A DNA stretch of 60,330 nt from Chloroflexota bacterium (GCA_009377635.1 WHTR01000005.1:1-60330), one strand, 5' to 3'; positions 19,163 through 29,560 are shown, counted from the first letter of the stretch. The notes: a model not told the origin generated them from the letters alone. Translations and numbers: made by a program.

Positions 19163-19798
19163 CTACCCCGCACGCTTGGCCGTCATCACGATCGTTTCGG
19201 CAATCAGGTCGTGGCCGAGAAGGCCCGCGTTGAGGAGCAGGTGGTAGTGGTGCGCAGCCTGCCAATCGGCGTGGTAGAAGAGTCGAGCGTAGCGCCCCCG
19301 GGCCGAGTCGAAGTCGCGCACGATCCGCTCGGCCTCCCCGCGGCCGATCGATTGCTCGGTCATGACCGCCTGGACGCGTAGGTCAAACGGCGCGAAGATG
19401 TGCACGTGCAGGGCCCGCGGATCGTTTCGCAGAATGAACTGGCTTCCACGTCCGACGATGACGACATTCGCGGTGCGCACGGCCTCCTGAATCACCTGTT
19501 CGGTGACCTGCACGTAGGCCCGGTTCGACAGGTCGGGAAAATCGCCAGGCGGTTCGATCATGTCCGGCGGTAGAGACGCGTCCGGGTAGCTGAGCCGAAG
19601 GGCGTTCACGAGGCGCGCGACGATGCTCTCCCCACGTTCGTCATGCTCGCTCACGACGTCCTCGGGGAGCCCGAGGCGCCGAGCCACCTCGTGGATGAGC
19701 TCTCGGTCAAGGAGAACCGCGTCGAGCCGCTCGGCGACTCGCTGTGCGATCTCGCCCCCACCGCTGGCATACTGGCGAGACACGGTGATGACGGCCAT
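19163..19798 (-). CDS. Cytidylate kinase-like family protein
   Basis: ITVSRQYASGG, VIVGRGS, YHLLLN. Confidence 0.88.
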   Translation of the reverse strand: MAVITVSRQYASGGGEIAQRVAERLDAVLLDRELIHEVARRLGLPEDVVSEHDERGESIVARLVNALRLSYPDASLPPDMIEPPGDFPDLSNRAYVQVTEQVIQEAVRTANVVIVGRGSQFILRNDPRALHVHIFAPFDLRVQAVMTEQSIGRGEAERIVRDFDSARGRYARLFYHADWQAAHHYHLLLNAGLLGHDLIAETIVMTAKRAG

Positions 19799-19828
19799 GC
19801 CTCTTCGAAGAACCTCCTGGCGGTTGAT

Positions 19829-20761
19829 CTAGGCCCCGACCGGTGCAGGGACGACCGGCGTACACCATTCCCGAGAGCGGGCGCTGTTCCCTCGGATGAC
19901 CTGCTCGTACAGGTCCATGAGCTTCCGTGTGATGAGGCCGGGGGCCCCGTTGCCGATCTGTCGATTGTCGATCTCAATGATCGGTGCCACGTGGGCCGCG
20001 GTCCCCGTCAGGAAGCACTCGTCCGCACCGTACAGTTCTGAGCGCGGGATCTGCCGCTCTGAGGTTTCGATGCCCAGCTCCGTCCGTGCCAGCTCCATCA
20101 CGGTGTTCCGTGTGATGCCGACGAGGATCCCAGCCGACGGACTGGGCGTGACGAGCTGCCCGTCGGCGACGACGAAGATGTTCTCCCCGGATCCCTCGGC
20201 AACGTCGCCCTCTTGCGTCAGCATGATGGCCTCGTCGCACCCGTGCATCCAGGCTTCGGTCTTGGCGAGAGCGCTGTTGACATAGATGCCCGTGACCTTC
20301 GCGCGGCCGGGAATCGACGTGTCCGGCACGCGGCGCCAGGAGGATGTGCAGCAGCGAATCCCCTTGTCGGCGTCGAGATATGCCCCAAAGGGCGCGACGA
20401 AGATGTTCAGGTCGTCCTCGACGTCGTGGAGACGAACGCCGATCACCTCCCCGGACTTGTACGCGATCGGGCGGACGTACACGTCCTCCTGAAATCCACT
20501 CCGGCGGACCAGCTCCACGGTGACCTCGCACAGCTCCTCGACCGACTCGCGGATCTCGATCTGCAACGTACGGGCGCTGCGCATGAGCCGGTCAAAGTGC
20601 TCCCGCATGCGAAAGAGATAGATCTGCTCGTGCTCCGGATTCCAGTTTCCTCGGATACCCTCGAAGCATCCGGTGCCATAGTTCAGAGCGTGGGTGACAA
20701 TGCTTACCTTGGCATCCTCTAGAGGAACGATGTGCTGTCGGAAGTATGCGTAAGATCCCAC
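19829..20761 (-). CDS. ilvE: Branched-chain amino acid aminotransferase
   Basis: HALNYGTGCFEGIR, YVRP, AKVTGIYVNS, EGSGENIF, GITR, FLTGTAA. Confidence 0.95.
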   Translation of the reverse strand: MGSYAYFRQHIVPLEDAKVSIVTHALNYGTGCFEGIRGNWNPEHEQIYLFRMREHFDRLMRSARTLQIEIRESVEELCEVTVELVRRSGFQEDVYVRPIAYKSGEVIGVRLHDVEDDLNIFVAPFGAYLDADKGIRCCTSSWRRVPDTSIPGRAKVTGIYVNSALAKTEAWMHGCDEAIMLTQEGDVAEGSGENIFVVADGQLVTPSPSAGILVGITRNTVMELARTELGIETSERQIPRSELYGADECFLTGTAAHVAPIIEIDNRQIGNGAPGLITRKLMDLYEQVIRGNSARSREWCTPVVPAPVGA

Positions 20762-20812
20762 GCCCGTCTTGCTCCCTCAGTGAAGTGTGATACGCCGAGC
20801 GGCGCCACCATG

Positions 20813-21271
20813 TTAGCCGGCGAGGTGCTCGCGCGCGATTCCGACCTCGGCTCGCGCTCGCGTCTGCTTGATGGCGCGCGCGACGATCGCAGCCTCGCTC
20901 GCGAATGACATTCGGCCCAAAGCCTCGGTGTCTGAAAGCCAGGCGACGAAATCGTTCTCCCAGTCGTGCTCCTGCGTGCTCCCGCCGATCGCTTCGAGCA
21001 GATAGAAGTGCACCGTCTTGTGGTGTCGGATGCCGCGCGTCGAGAACGAATACTTGATCTCCCCGAGCGGTTCGAGAATCTTGACGATCAGGCCGGTCTC
21101 CTCGCGCACTTCTCGTAGCGCCGTTTGCTCGATGCTCTCACCGGAAACCGGGGTCCCCTTCGGGATGCTCCACCGCTCTGGTTGAGCCCGCCCGACCAGG
21201 ACGACCTCCAGGCGGCCGTCCTCGACCCGGCTGATGACGCCTCCAGCTGAAACGTCGCGCACTACTCTCAA
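20813..21271 (-). CDS. NUDIX hydrolase
   Basis: SAGG, PKG....GE.....ALREVREETG Nudix box; TTG 21271 after a GGAGG RBS. Confidence 0.9.
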   Translation of the reverse strand: MRVVRDVSAGGVISRVEDGRLEVVLVGRAQPERWSIPKGTPVSGESIEQTALREVREETGLIVKILEPLGEIKYSFSTRGIRHHKTVHFYLLEAIGGSTQEHDWENDFVAWLSDTEALGRMSFASEAAIVARAIKQTRARAEVGIAREHLAG

Positions 21272-21428
21272 CGTCCTTCCTCCAACCGGATGCCGCGACA
21301 TTGTACACCGGCCTCGGCTGGTCCTCGGCTCCGCGCGAGCTCTCATGAACGAACGCATGGAGCTGCCCATGCACATGCGGCGCCGGAGGTGCGGGCTGGA
21401 GCGGGTCGGTTTCCGGATGGCGTCCCGC

Positions 21429-22010
21429 TTAGAAGCTGGGTGCGTACCACCTCTGTACGGCATAGACGACGAGGAATCCAATGATTGCGGCGATGATTCC
21501 CACAACGATGATGAGGATCCAGTCCATCGGAAAATGCGAGGCGCCGCCCATGAAGAAGAGCATAGGGAAGGACAGGGTGAAGTTCGCCCGCGACGCGAAG
21601 AGCGCCATTCTCGCCCAGGAGGGATCAGCCGCCTGGCCGGCCTCAGCTGCCTGAATGATGCGCCGTTGGTTGGGCCAAATGATGAACCACACGTTGAGCA
21701 TCATCAGGATGCCGAGGATGCCACCGATGAGGATGGTCTTCGCGTTGTCGGAACTGATGACGTCGCCGCGCTGCCAGTAGAGGAGCCAGATGAGCAAGAG
21801 GCCGGCCAGCACGGTGACCCAAGCGGAGTGACGGAACCATGCCATGACCCGCTTGACGTTCGCCTGAACGAGCTGTGGTCGGATCCCAGCGTCGAGGGAT
21901 GCCATCATCCGAACGTTGACGAGGTTCAAATAGTACAGAAGGCCGATCCACGTGATACCCGCGAGGAAATGGATCCACCGGATAAGGACGTTTACGAGGT
22001 CAACCGGCAT
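21429..22010 (-). CDS. Membrane protein with urate-oxidase N-terminal (PuuD-like) domain
   Basis: RWIHFLAGITWIGLLYY, WFRHSA, MMLNVWFIIWPNQR, SRAN..LSFPMLFFM...SHF; GGGAGG RBS before ATG 22010. Confidence 0.8.
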   Translation of the reverse strand: MPVDLVNVLIRWIHFLAGITWIGLLYYLNLVNVRMMASLDAGIRPQLVQANVKRVMAWFRHSAWVTVLAGLLLIWLLYWQRGDVISSDNAKTILIGGILGILMMLNVWFIIWPNQRRIIQAAEAGQAADPSWARMALFASRANFTLSFPMLFFMGGASHFPMDWILIIVVGIIAAIIGFLVVYAVQRWYAPSF

Positions 22011-22387
22011 ATCGGCATCCTCCCAAAAGTGGTATGTAGTCATGCCAACCCATCGTATCAGCGTCTCCGCTGCCTGTCAACTGCCTGATATGTCTTCGCG
22101 CCCATGAGGTGGACTTGCGAGCAAAACGGGTACACTCTGTGCCTCAGCGTCCCGGTACGTACCCGTCAGGCAGCATCCGCGTTGTCACAGCGCTGCGACT
22201 TTTCGGGCGCCTCAGGGCAACGGCTGACGATGGTCGCCAGCGTCCCGAAATGCGCCCGTTACGGGTCGATTGTGTAGTCCTTGGGATTGTCATAAGGCAC
22301 CGCGCGAGCGTAAATTGCGGGACACCCGGAGCACGGAGCTACGCCGTTGGTACCCATTCGCGTGTCCACCGCGAGTCTGACGGACTG

Positions 22388-24970
22388 ATGCCGCCTCTCG
22401 CACGACAGAACGTCGCGTCGGCGTACCAGCCCGGCTGGCCGCCGTTCCCGACGCTCGCCCTTCGTCCTCTGCGCAAGGAGGAGGCGCTGTGCGTCGGGCT
22501 GGTCGTCGCGATCGTGGTCGGGCAGCTTGGGTGGAGTCTTGGGACGATGGTCGGCGCCGGGGCATGCGCCCTGGCGTGCATGTCGGCCGCGCGGAGGCCG
22601 CGGGGCGACCGCCTCGTCTGGGGAACCCTGGCGCTCGCGCTCGGGGCGTTGGCGATCACGTCGAGCGCCGGCGCGTACGGCATCTGGCAGAGCTTCAGCG
22701 TGGCTGGACTCGACCTGCCCGAGCTCGGAGTCATCTGCTTCGCTTCGCTGGCGGCGGCCGCGCATCTGGCGTGGCCAGAGATCCGCCAGGAAACGCGCCG
22801 GCTCCTTTCCAGTCTTGTCGACACGGTGACGACCATAGCGGCGCTCTCCCTCTGGGGACTGAGCGGATTCCCGCTCCTGGGGCTCCTCAGTCCAGTGGCG
22901 TCGGCTGCGGCGGTTGCGGGGTCCGCCGAGGGCTTGCTCCCGCTCGTCACGGCGGCTCTGGCCGTTCCCCAGCTGCCCCGCCAGCGGCGCGCCTCCGGGA
23001 TTGGGCTGGCCATCGCCATGACCTTCTTTCTTCTGGCGGTTCTGTTTGGGAAGCTCGCGCTTGGACCCCCCTGGCTGGGGTTACACGCCGCCTGGATACT
23101 GCAGGCTGGGGCGTTCGCTGTCCTCTACAGGGGCGCCCTCGCGGCACAGGGCGCGCGCAGTGGATGGCACCCGGCACAACGCGGGACGGCCCGTGCCCCG
23201 TTCGTTGTCCCGGGCGCACTCGGTGTCGCGGCGCTGGTGTTCGCTGCGTTCGGACCCCGAGACGACGGTCCGTTCGTGGCGCTTGCCGCCGGAGCGGTCG
23301 CCGTGTGCCTAGCCGCGCGCGAGACGCTGCGCGTGAGCGATCAGAGGCGGGCGCAAAGCCAGCTTTCTGCCTCCCTCGACCTCGAGGCCCGCCTGCTGAA
23401 GCTACAGGCGGAGCCTGAGCAGGAGTCGGGGCCCCGGCACACGCTTCGCCAGTCCTGCATCCTGGCGACAGAGGTTCTCCGAGCCGAGGCGGTGTTCGCC
23501 TGGATCGCTGAGGGTGATGCCCTCGTCCTGGCGGCCGCGGCCCCAGAGCGGCGGGAGGTACTCGCCGGCCGTCGGCTCGCGCTGGACGAGGCCGATCACT
23601 TCGCAGGACGCGTCTTTCGAGGCAACGCGCCGGAAACCTGCGACGCGAGCGCCCTTGACTCCCGCGTTGACCGTTTCCTCGGCACGATTCTCGACGCGCG
23701 TGCGTTCCTCGGCGTGCCCATCACACTGGAAGGGACGGCCATTGGCGCCCTCGTGCTCGTCCGTGCTCGCGGTGCGCCCTCGTTTAGTGAAGCAGACCAG
23801 CAGGAGGCAGCCCTCATTGCCGGCCAGGCGGCGGGGCTTCTCCGACGGATCGAGCTGTACGACCAGCTCGAGAGCCAGGTGCGCGAGGTCACCCTCGTGT
23901 ATCGGTTCGCTGTCCAGGCGGTGACGGCGAGGAACGTCAACGACGTGGCCTGGTCCTTGCTCGAGGCGGTCCGCTCGCACACCCGGTACGACCGCGGGTC
24001 CGTGTATCTCGCGGACCCCGCCGCCCGGCGATGCGTCACGCCCATCGCCCACTTTCGCTCGCGCAGTCCGGACGCATCCGAGCCAGGAGCGGACTCGCTC
24101 CGGCTCAGCATCCCCCTCCGGTGCGGTGAGCGCCTCGTCGGCTGCCTCGAGCTGGACCGGACCGGGGCGGGCCCCTTTTCCCCACCTGAGGAGCGAGTCG
24201 CGCAGGCGCTCGCCCAGCAGGCGGCGGTGGTCATCCAGAACCTGCGCTTGCAGGAGGAGTCGGGCAAGCTCTCGATCTATCGCGAGCTCGACCGCCTCAA
24301 GACAGACCTCCTGAATTCCGTCTCCCACGACTTGCGCGGACCGCTCACGAATATCAAGGGGTACGCGTCCACGCTGGTCGAGGCTATCGGTGACATGCCC
24401 GCCGACGAGCGGGACTCCTATCTCCGCACGATCGAGGAAGAGGCCGACCGACTGAGAGATCTGCTGGATCACCTACTCGATCTGTCGAAGATCGAGGCTG
24501 GTGTTCTCAAAGTGGACCTTCAGCCCGTGAATCTCCATCGAATTGTGCATCACACCATCGCCTCGCTCCGGGCTCCCAGGCACGCGCTCCAATCGACGGT
24601 TCCCGAGGACCTGTTCGTTATGGCAGACGGACGTCGTCTACGCCAGGTGATCCACAACCTCCTCGAGAATGCGGTGAAGTATTCGCCAGACGGTGGCCCC
24701 GTGGACGTGGCGGCGAACGTCAGTCACGGGGAGGTGGTCATCTCGGTGGCCGATCAGGGTGTCGGGATCCCACGGCACCTGTGGGATCGGGTCTTTCGTC
24801 CCTATCAGCGGGCCGAGGCAGTCGCCCGTCAGGGGATCTCGGGCAACGGTCTGGGGCTTGCGATCTGCAAGGGCATAGTGGAGGCCCACGATGGTCGGAT
24901 CTGGGTGGAGAGCGAACCGGAGGTGGGCAGTACGTTCTCGTTTACCGTGCCTCGAGCTCCAATCGGGTAA
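22388..24970 (+). CDS. Multi-TM sensor histidine kinase with two GAF domains
   Basis: ~9 hydrophobic segments, GAF-like regions, SHDLRGPL H-box, NLLENAVKYS, DQGVGI, GNGLGLAI. Start uncertain. Confidence 0.9.
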   Translation: MPPLARQNVASAYQPGWPPFPTLALRPLRKEEALCVGLVVAIVVGQLGWSLGTMVGAGACALACMSAARRPRGDRLVWGTLALALGALAITSSAGAYGIWQSFSVAGLDLPELGVICFASLAAAAHLAWPEIRQETRRLLSSLVDTVTTIAALSLWGLSGFPLLGLLSPVASAAAVAGSAEGLLPLVTAALAVPQLPRQRRASGIGLAIAMTFFLLAVLFGKLALGPPWLGLHAAWILQAGAFAVLYRGALAAQGARSGWHPAQRGTARAPFVVPGALGVAALVFAAFGPRDDGPFVALAAGAVAVCLAARETLRVSDQRRAQSQLSASLDLEARLLKLQAEPEQESGPRHTLRQSCILATEVLRAEAVFAWIAEGDALVLAAAAPERREVLAGRRLALDEADHFAGRVFRGNAPETCDASALDSRVDRFLGTILDARAFLGVPITLEGTAIGALVLVRARGAPSFSEADQQEAALIAGQAAGLLRRIELYDQLESQVREVTLVYRFAVQAVTARNVNDVAWSLLEAVRSHTRYDRGSVYLADPAARRCVTPIAHFRSRSPDASEPGADSLRLSIPLRCGERLVGCLELDRTGAGPFSPPEERVAQALAQQAAVVIQNLRLQEESGKLSIYRELDRLKTDLLNSVSHDLRGPLTNIKGYASTLVEAIGDMPADERDSYLRTIEEEADRLRDLLDHLLDLSKIEAGVLKVDLQPVNLHRIVHHTIASLRAPRHALQSTVPEDLFVMADGRRLRQVIHNLLENAVKYSPDGGPVDVAANVSHGEVVISVADQGVGIPRHLWDRVFRPYQRAEAVARQGISGNGLGLAICKGIVEAHDGRIWVESEPEVGSTFSFTVPRAPIG

Positions 24971-25077
24971 TCTATCGCGTCACCGGACCGGCTGCGATGG
25001 ACTGGAACGAACATCCCTGCGCGTCGAGCCGCTGCGTGTGGGCGGTAGGGCGGACTAGCTCACGTTGAGGAGTCTCC

Positions 25078-25806
25078 ATGTACGGAAAGAACGGCAAACG
25101 AACAAGTATCGGCGTCGTCGATGATGATCCCAAGATGATCCGCCTGGTGCGGAGGCACCTCGAGGAAACAGGATTCCGCGTCATCTCCGCGATCGACGGT
25201 CCGGGGGCGGTCACGCTCGTGGAGTCGGAGGACCCGGATCTCCTCGTGCTCGACCTCGTGATGCCAGGAATGGACGGATGCCAGGTGCTGCAGCGCCTGC
25301 GGGAGTTCACGCCGCTGCCGGTCATCATCCTGTCAGCCAAGGGGGATGAGCACGACATCGTCCGAGGTCTCGAGGCAGGCGCCGATGACTACATGACGAA
25401 GCCCTTCGCCCCGAAGGAGCTGGTCGCGCGCGTCCAGGCTGTGCTGCGCCGGTCGAGCTTCGGGCCGGATGAGCGCCATCCCGCGACGATGAAGAACGGC
25501 GATATGGTCATCGATTTCGCCCAGCATCTGGTGACCCTGGATGATCGGGAGATCACGCTCACGCCCACCGAGTACCGACTCCTCGCCTGCCTCGCGCAGA
25601 ATGTGGGTCGAACCCTCACGCAGGACGACATGCTGCTGCGCGTGTGGGGCAACGGGTACGAGGATGAGGCCCACCTGCTGCGGGTGAACGTGGCCCGTCT
25701 TCGCTCGAAGCTGGGCGAGACCGCGACGGCGAACCGGTACGTGGTCACCCGGCCCGGCATCGGGTACCTGATGCCCCGGTTTGAGGGAGCGACCGAGCCA
25801 GCATAG
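25078..25806 (+). CDS. OmpR/KdpE-family response regulator
   Basis: VVDDD, LDLVMPGMDG, GADDYMTKPF, LTPTEY, TRPGIGY; GAGGAG RBS. Confidence 0.95.
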   Translation: MYGKNGKRTSIGVVDDDPKMIRLVRRHLEETGFRVISAIDGPGAVTLVESEDPDLLVLDLVMPGMDGCQVLQRLREFTPLPVIILSAKGDEHDIVRGLEAGADDYMTKPFAPKELVARVQAVLRRSSFGPDERHPATMKNGDMVIDFAQHLVTLDDREITLTPTEYRLLACLAQNVGRTLTQDDMLLRVWGNGYEDEAHLLRVNVARLRSKLGETATANRYVVTRPGIGYLMPRFEGATEPA

Positions 25807-26100
25807 CCCGATCCTCTTGGGGTCTTCGTAGCCAGCCTGTGACTCCGGTGCATGCGGCTGTAACGCGGTGGTGAGCATCGCCCATCTACAATGCCGCCTA
25901 TGGACAGAATGCTGCGGAGCACCAGACCAGAATCGCGTGGCCGACTCCTGAGACAACCGGGAGTAATGACCCGCGGCGGGCGATCGGGAGGCTGCGATGT
26001 GTGGCCGGTTGCGCGAGCGCTTTCGTTCCGTTTACTCTTCTCAGAGCTAGGGGCAGCGGGAAGTCTCCGGCATCCATCGTGGGAGAAGCCTCGGGCTCGC

Positions 26101-26631
26101 ATGATCCAGGACGTGGCGCTGGCTGTGCAGGAGCTGTCTTTTCACATTCGCTTGGCGACGGCCGAGGATGCCGCTGCCCTGCGCGAGATCGTCGGCACGA
26201 CGCTTTCTCACCCTCACGGCAAGGGCCGCCGGGCAGTGTTCCGATCCGCTGCGCAGCGCGGGGAGCTCCTCGTGCTCGAGCGGTACGACCCGAAGGCGCG
26301 GGAATGGCGGGTCGGTGCGTTCGTCGATTGGCACATGCGCGTGGACGACGTCCTCACCATCCGCGACATCGGCACGGAGGGCGAGGTTCCTCACTCCGGC
26401 ATGGTCAAACAGCTCATTATGGAGCTGATTCGGTCGCTGTCGCCTGTCGCGATGTCGGTGAAGGTCCGCGCGGACGCGACCGAGTGGAACGACGTCATTC
26501 GGAGCATTACCGGCTTCTCCTTCGAGGGGTCGGAGTACCGGCGACCACACTGGATCAACGTCTGGAGATGGTCACGAGAATCAGCGGAGCGCGCGGCACA
26601 TGTCCAACGCGCGCCGCGATTCCGGCGATAG
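26101..26631 (+). CDS. Hypothetical protein, divergent GNAT-like fold
   Basis: IRLATAED N-terminus and GF..EG C-terminal pattern; start uncertain. Confidence 0.55.
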   Translation: MIQDVALAVQELSFHIRLATAEDAAALREIVGTTLSHPHGKGRRAVFRSAAQRGELLVLERYDPKAREWRVGAFVDWHMRVDDVLTIRDIGTEGEVPHSGMVKQLIMELIRSLSPVAMSVKVRADATEWNDVIRSITGFSFEGSEYRRPHWINVWRWSRESAERAAHVQRAPRFRR

Positions 26632-26646
26632 ACGGGAGGGGTTGTA

Positions 26647-27561
26647 TTGGCTGACCAGCTTGCCCACGAAATCAACGCGTTCCTGACCCACATGGCGAAT
26701 CACCGGCGAATTGCCCCGAACACGGTTGCGGCGTATCAGAACGACCTGAACCAGTTTCACGGGTACGTCCAGTCGATGCCCAATGGAGCGAGCACGTCCG
26801 ATCAACCGGGCGGACCAGACCTGCGGGCCCTGGATGCCGGGACCCTGGCGGGATTCGTCTTGCACCTGCGCGAGAAGCACTACGCGGAGGCGACCGTTGC
26901 TCGCAAGGTGGCAGCCGTCAAGTCCTTCTTCAACTATGCTGCCGAGGCCGGCCTTGTCGCGGACAATCCGGCCGCGGCGCTCGACTCGCCCCGTGTGCAG
27001 CGCATCATGCCTCACGCGGTGAGCCCGAATCACGTGCATGCGCTGCTGGAGGTCGGGTGTGCCGGTCGAATGCCCGACGCCCTCCGCAATCGGGCGATGC
27101 TCACTCTGCTCTACCATTCGGGCATGCGGGTCAGCGAGATGGTTGCCCTCGACGCGGGCGACATTGACCTGCAGAAACGGGTTGTTCGGTGCAGAGGCCG
27201 GGTCGGTCGGGTCCGCCAGATCCCGCTCACCGAGCCGGCCCGTGCGGCGCTTGAGATCTATCTGGCCAGTGGACGCGCCGCCTTAGCTCGGGCGGACGAG
27301 GACGACATCGACGCACTGTTCCTGAACCACCGCGGCACGCGGCTCACGCGACAAGGGTTCTGGCTGATCATGAAGGAGTGCGCGCGCCACGCCGGAATCG
27401 CCGCGCCGATCACCCCTCACACGCTGCGACATTCGTTCGCTCTGCATCAGCTCGGTCGGGGCACCACGCTGACCGATCTGAAGGAGCTGCTCGGCCATGT
27501 GAATCTCTCCACCACGCAAGTGTACGCGCTCGCGGACCGTGGAGCCCCGGCGCCGGCGTAG
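26647..27561 (+). CDS. XerC/XerD-type tyrosine recombinase
   Basis: T..AY..DL, TVARKVAAVKSFF, SGMRVSE, LFLNHRG.RLTRQGFW, HTLRHSFA, LLGH, TTQVY. Confidence 0.9.
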   Translation: MADQLAHEINAFLTHMANHRRIAPNTVAAYQNDLNQFHGYVQSMPNGASTSDQPGGPDLRALDAGTLAGFVLHLREKHYAEATVARKVAAVKSFFNYAAEAGLVADNPAAALDSPRVQRIMPHAVSPNHVHALLEVGCAGRMPDALRNRAMLTLLYHSGMRVSEMVALDAGDIDLQKRVVRCRGRVGRVRQIPLTEPARAALEIYLASGRAALARADEDDIDALFLNHRGTRLTRQGFWLIMKECARHAGIAAPITPHTLRHSFALHQLGRGTTLTDLKELLGHVNLSTTQVYALADRGAPAPA

Positions 27562-29431
27562 CCGCCTCGTCACCTTTGCCGGGCTGCTGGTGCCCGCGAG
27601 CCTGCTTGTCGGCGTGCTCGCGGGCTTCGTTTCTCTGTCCCAAGGGTCGTCAGCTGAGTCGGTTTGGGCTCCCCAAGGGACCGCTGCAGTGCCGCGGGAC
27701 CTCTCCCAGCTCGCCGAGGAGTATCTCGGCCTCGACGACGTGCCCCGCGTCGTCAATACAGAACCGCTCGACTACCGTCCCGGCCGGATCGACACCTTCT
27801 GGGTCACGCGGGAGCGACCAGCGGACCACGTTGAGGTGGACGCGGTCCTTCGTATCGTCGGCCAGCACGCGTACTGGTACGTGCAGCAGGGTGTGCCGGT
27901 CTCTGATGCGGCACTCCGGCACAGTGCTGACGTATTCGACGCGAGGATCTACCCGGAGGTGCGCCGGATTGTTGGCAGCGAGCCGTTTCCGGGAATTGAC
28001 AACGACCCGCGGATGACCATCTTCAGCGGCGAGGTGCCGGGCGTGGCGGGCTACGCCTCGTCGGCGGACTCCTACCCGCGATCGGTCCACCCCTATTCGA
28101 ACGAGCGCGAGATGGTCTACCTCAATACGGGCGTCCTGGAACCTGGTAGCCCTGAGTACCTAGCCACTCTGACGCACGAGCTCACCCATGTCGTGCATGC
28201 GGGCGTACATCCGTCAGAGGACACGTGGATCAAGGAGGGGCTCGCCGAGCTGGTGGCCGGTCTCCTCTTTCCCGAGCAGCGCCCCTCGGCGCGCGCGATG
28301 CTCGCACTGCCGGATCTGCAACTGACCGCCTGGTCCGGCGCCGGGGATGAGGACCTGCGCCTCGCGGCTCATTACGAGGCTACCGCGTGGTTTCTTCGCT
28401 ACGTCGTCGATCGATTCGGACAGGAACCGCTGGACACGTTGCTGATGCGAGACACGCTCGGGCCAGACAGCATCAGTGCATTCCTGTCAGAACAGAGATC
28501 TTCCCTCACAATGGCTGACCTCTTCGGCGACTGGGTGGTTGCCAATCTCGTCGGTGGCCAGGGCGCACGCGGGATCGTTCCGTACGCGACCGCGCCGGTC
28601 GGCACTCCGGCGATTCGCCGTCTTGCCCCACCCACGGCCGTTGACGAGACCGTAGCGCAGTTCGGTGCGGACTACTACGAGGTTCCCTGGTCACCCGGGG
28701 TGGTCGTCGAGTTCGCTGGTACGACGACTGCGCCGCTCATCTCGGCACGGCCCTTCTCCGGAGATGCCATGTGGTATGGCGGCCGAAGTGACACCACCGT
28801 CTCGACCATGGAGCGGATATTCGATCTCACGGGTGCTGACGGAGCCGCCCTCAACTACGCTGTCTGGCACGATCTGGAGCGCGATTACGACTACGCGTAC
28901 GTCTCGGCGTCCAGGGACGGGCGGACATGGACACTACTCGACACGCCAGCGATGACTCGCGCGAACCCCAACGGAAACAACCTGGGGGTCGGCTACACAG
29001 GCATGAGCGGGGGCGGTCCCACTCCCGACTGGGTCGAGGAGCAGGTCGACCTCGGCGCCTACGCGGGCGCGCCGGTGTGGATTCGGTTCAGCTCCATCGC
29101 GGACGACGCCCTGGCGCGTCAGGGCGTCGCAATCGACGACATCCGTATCGACTCCACAGGGTTTGTCGACGGTGCGGAGGAGACCGACGGCGGATGGACG
29201 CTTCGGGGCTGGTCCCCGGTCGGTGAGACGATACCGCAGTCCTGGTCCGTGCAGGTGGTCGCGTACTCCACCGAGGGCGCAGAGGTGACCCGCATTCCCG
29301 TCGACGGAAGCGGACGAGGGAGGTGGATCAGCCCTCCCGGACCGCTCGATCGGGTCGTCGTCATCGTGTCGGGGACGGCGCCCGTGACGCTCCAACGCGG
29401 CCGCTATGCGCTTCGCGTCGGCATGGGCTAG
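27539..29431 (+). CDS. Secreted/anchored zinc metallopeptidase with immune-inhibitor-A-like C-terminal domain
   Basis: N-terminal TM/signal; HELTH plus downstream WIKEGLAE; E.DYDYAYV beta-domain motif. Confidence 0.82.
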   Translation: MEPRRRRSRLVTFAGLLVPASLLVGVLAGFVSLSQGSSAESVWAPQGTAAVPRDLSQLAEEYLGLDDVPRVVNTEPLDYRPGRIDTFWVTRERPADHVEVDAVLRIVGQHAYWYVQQGVPVSDAALRHSADVFDARIYPEVRRIVGSEPFPGIDNDPRMTIFSGEVPGVAGYASSADSYPRSVHPYSNEREMVYLNTGVLEPGSPEYLATLTHELTHVVHAGVHPSEDTWIKEGLAELVAGLLFPEQRPSARAMLALPDLQLTAWSGAGDEDLRLAAHYEATAWFLRYVVDRFGQEPLDTLLMRDTLGPDSISAFLSEQRSSLTMADLFGDWVVANLVGGQGARGIVPYATAPVGTPAIRRLAPPTAVDETVAQFGADYYEVPWSPGVVVEFAGTTTAPLISARPFSGDAMWYGGRSDTTVSTMERIFDLTGADGAALNYAVWHDLERDYDYAYVSASRDGRTWTLLDTPAMTRANPNGNNLGVGYTGMSGGGPTPDWVEEQVDLGAYAGAPVWIRFSSIADDALARQGVAIDDIRIDSTGFVDGAEETDGGWTLRGWSPVGETIPQSWSVQVVAYSTEGAEVTRIPVDGSGRGRWISPPGPLDRVVVIVSGTAPVTLQRGRYALRVGMG

Positions 29432-29485
29432 GGGTGCGGTCGCCTGCGTAGCCCTCGTAAGGCGTATCTAACTCCGGATTTAGTG

Positions 29486-29516
29486 TTGACTAATCTGTAT
29501 GATTAGGCTATCCTTC
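29486..29516 (+). promoter_or_regulatory. Sigma70-type promoter TTGACT-N17-TATCCT overlapped by a DtxR/IdeR-like iron box (29498-29516)
   Basis: TATGATTAGGCTATCCTTC matches TWAGGTWAGSCTWACCTWA at 15/19; also a CTAATC-N5-GATTAG palindrome. Confidence 0.65.
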
Positions 29517-29560
29517 CATTCCGCAACTCCGACACCGAGTCTCGAGGGCCTGCGGCCGCC

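Noticed and set aside
26647-27561. Recombinase as a prophage/island integrase
   Set aside because: XerD-like length and motifs; no phage or conjugation genes, tRNA target or att repeats seen.
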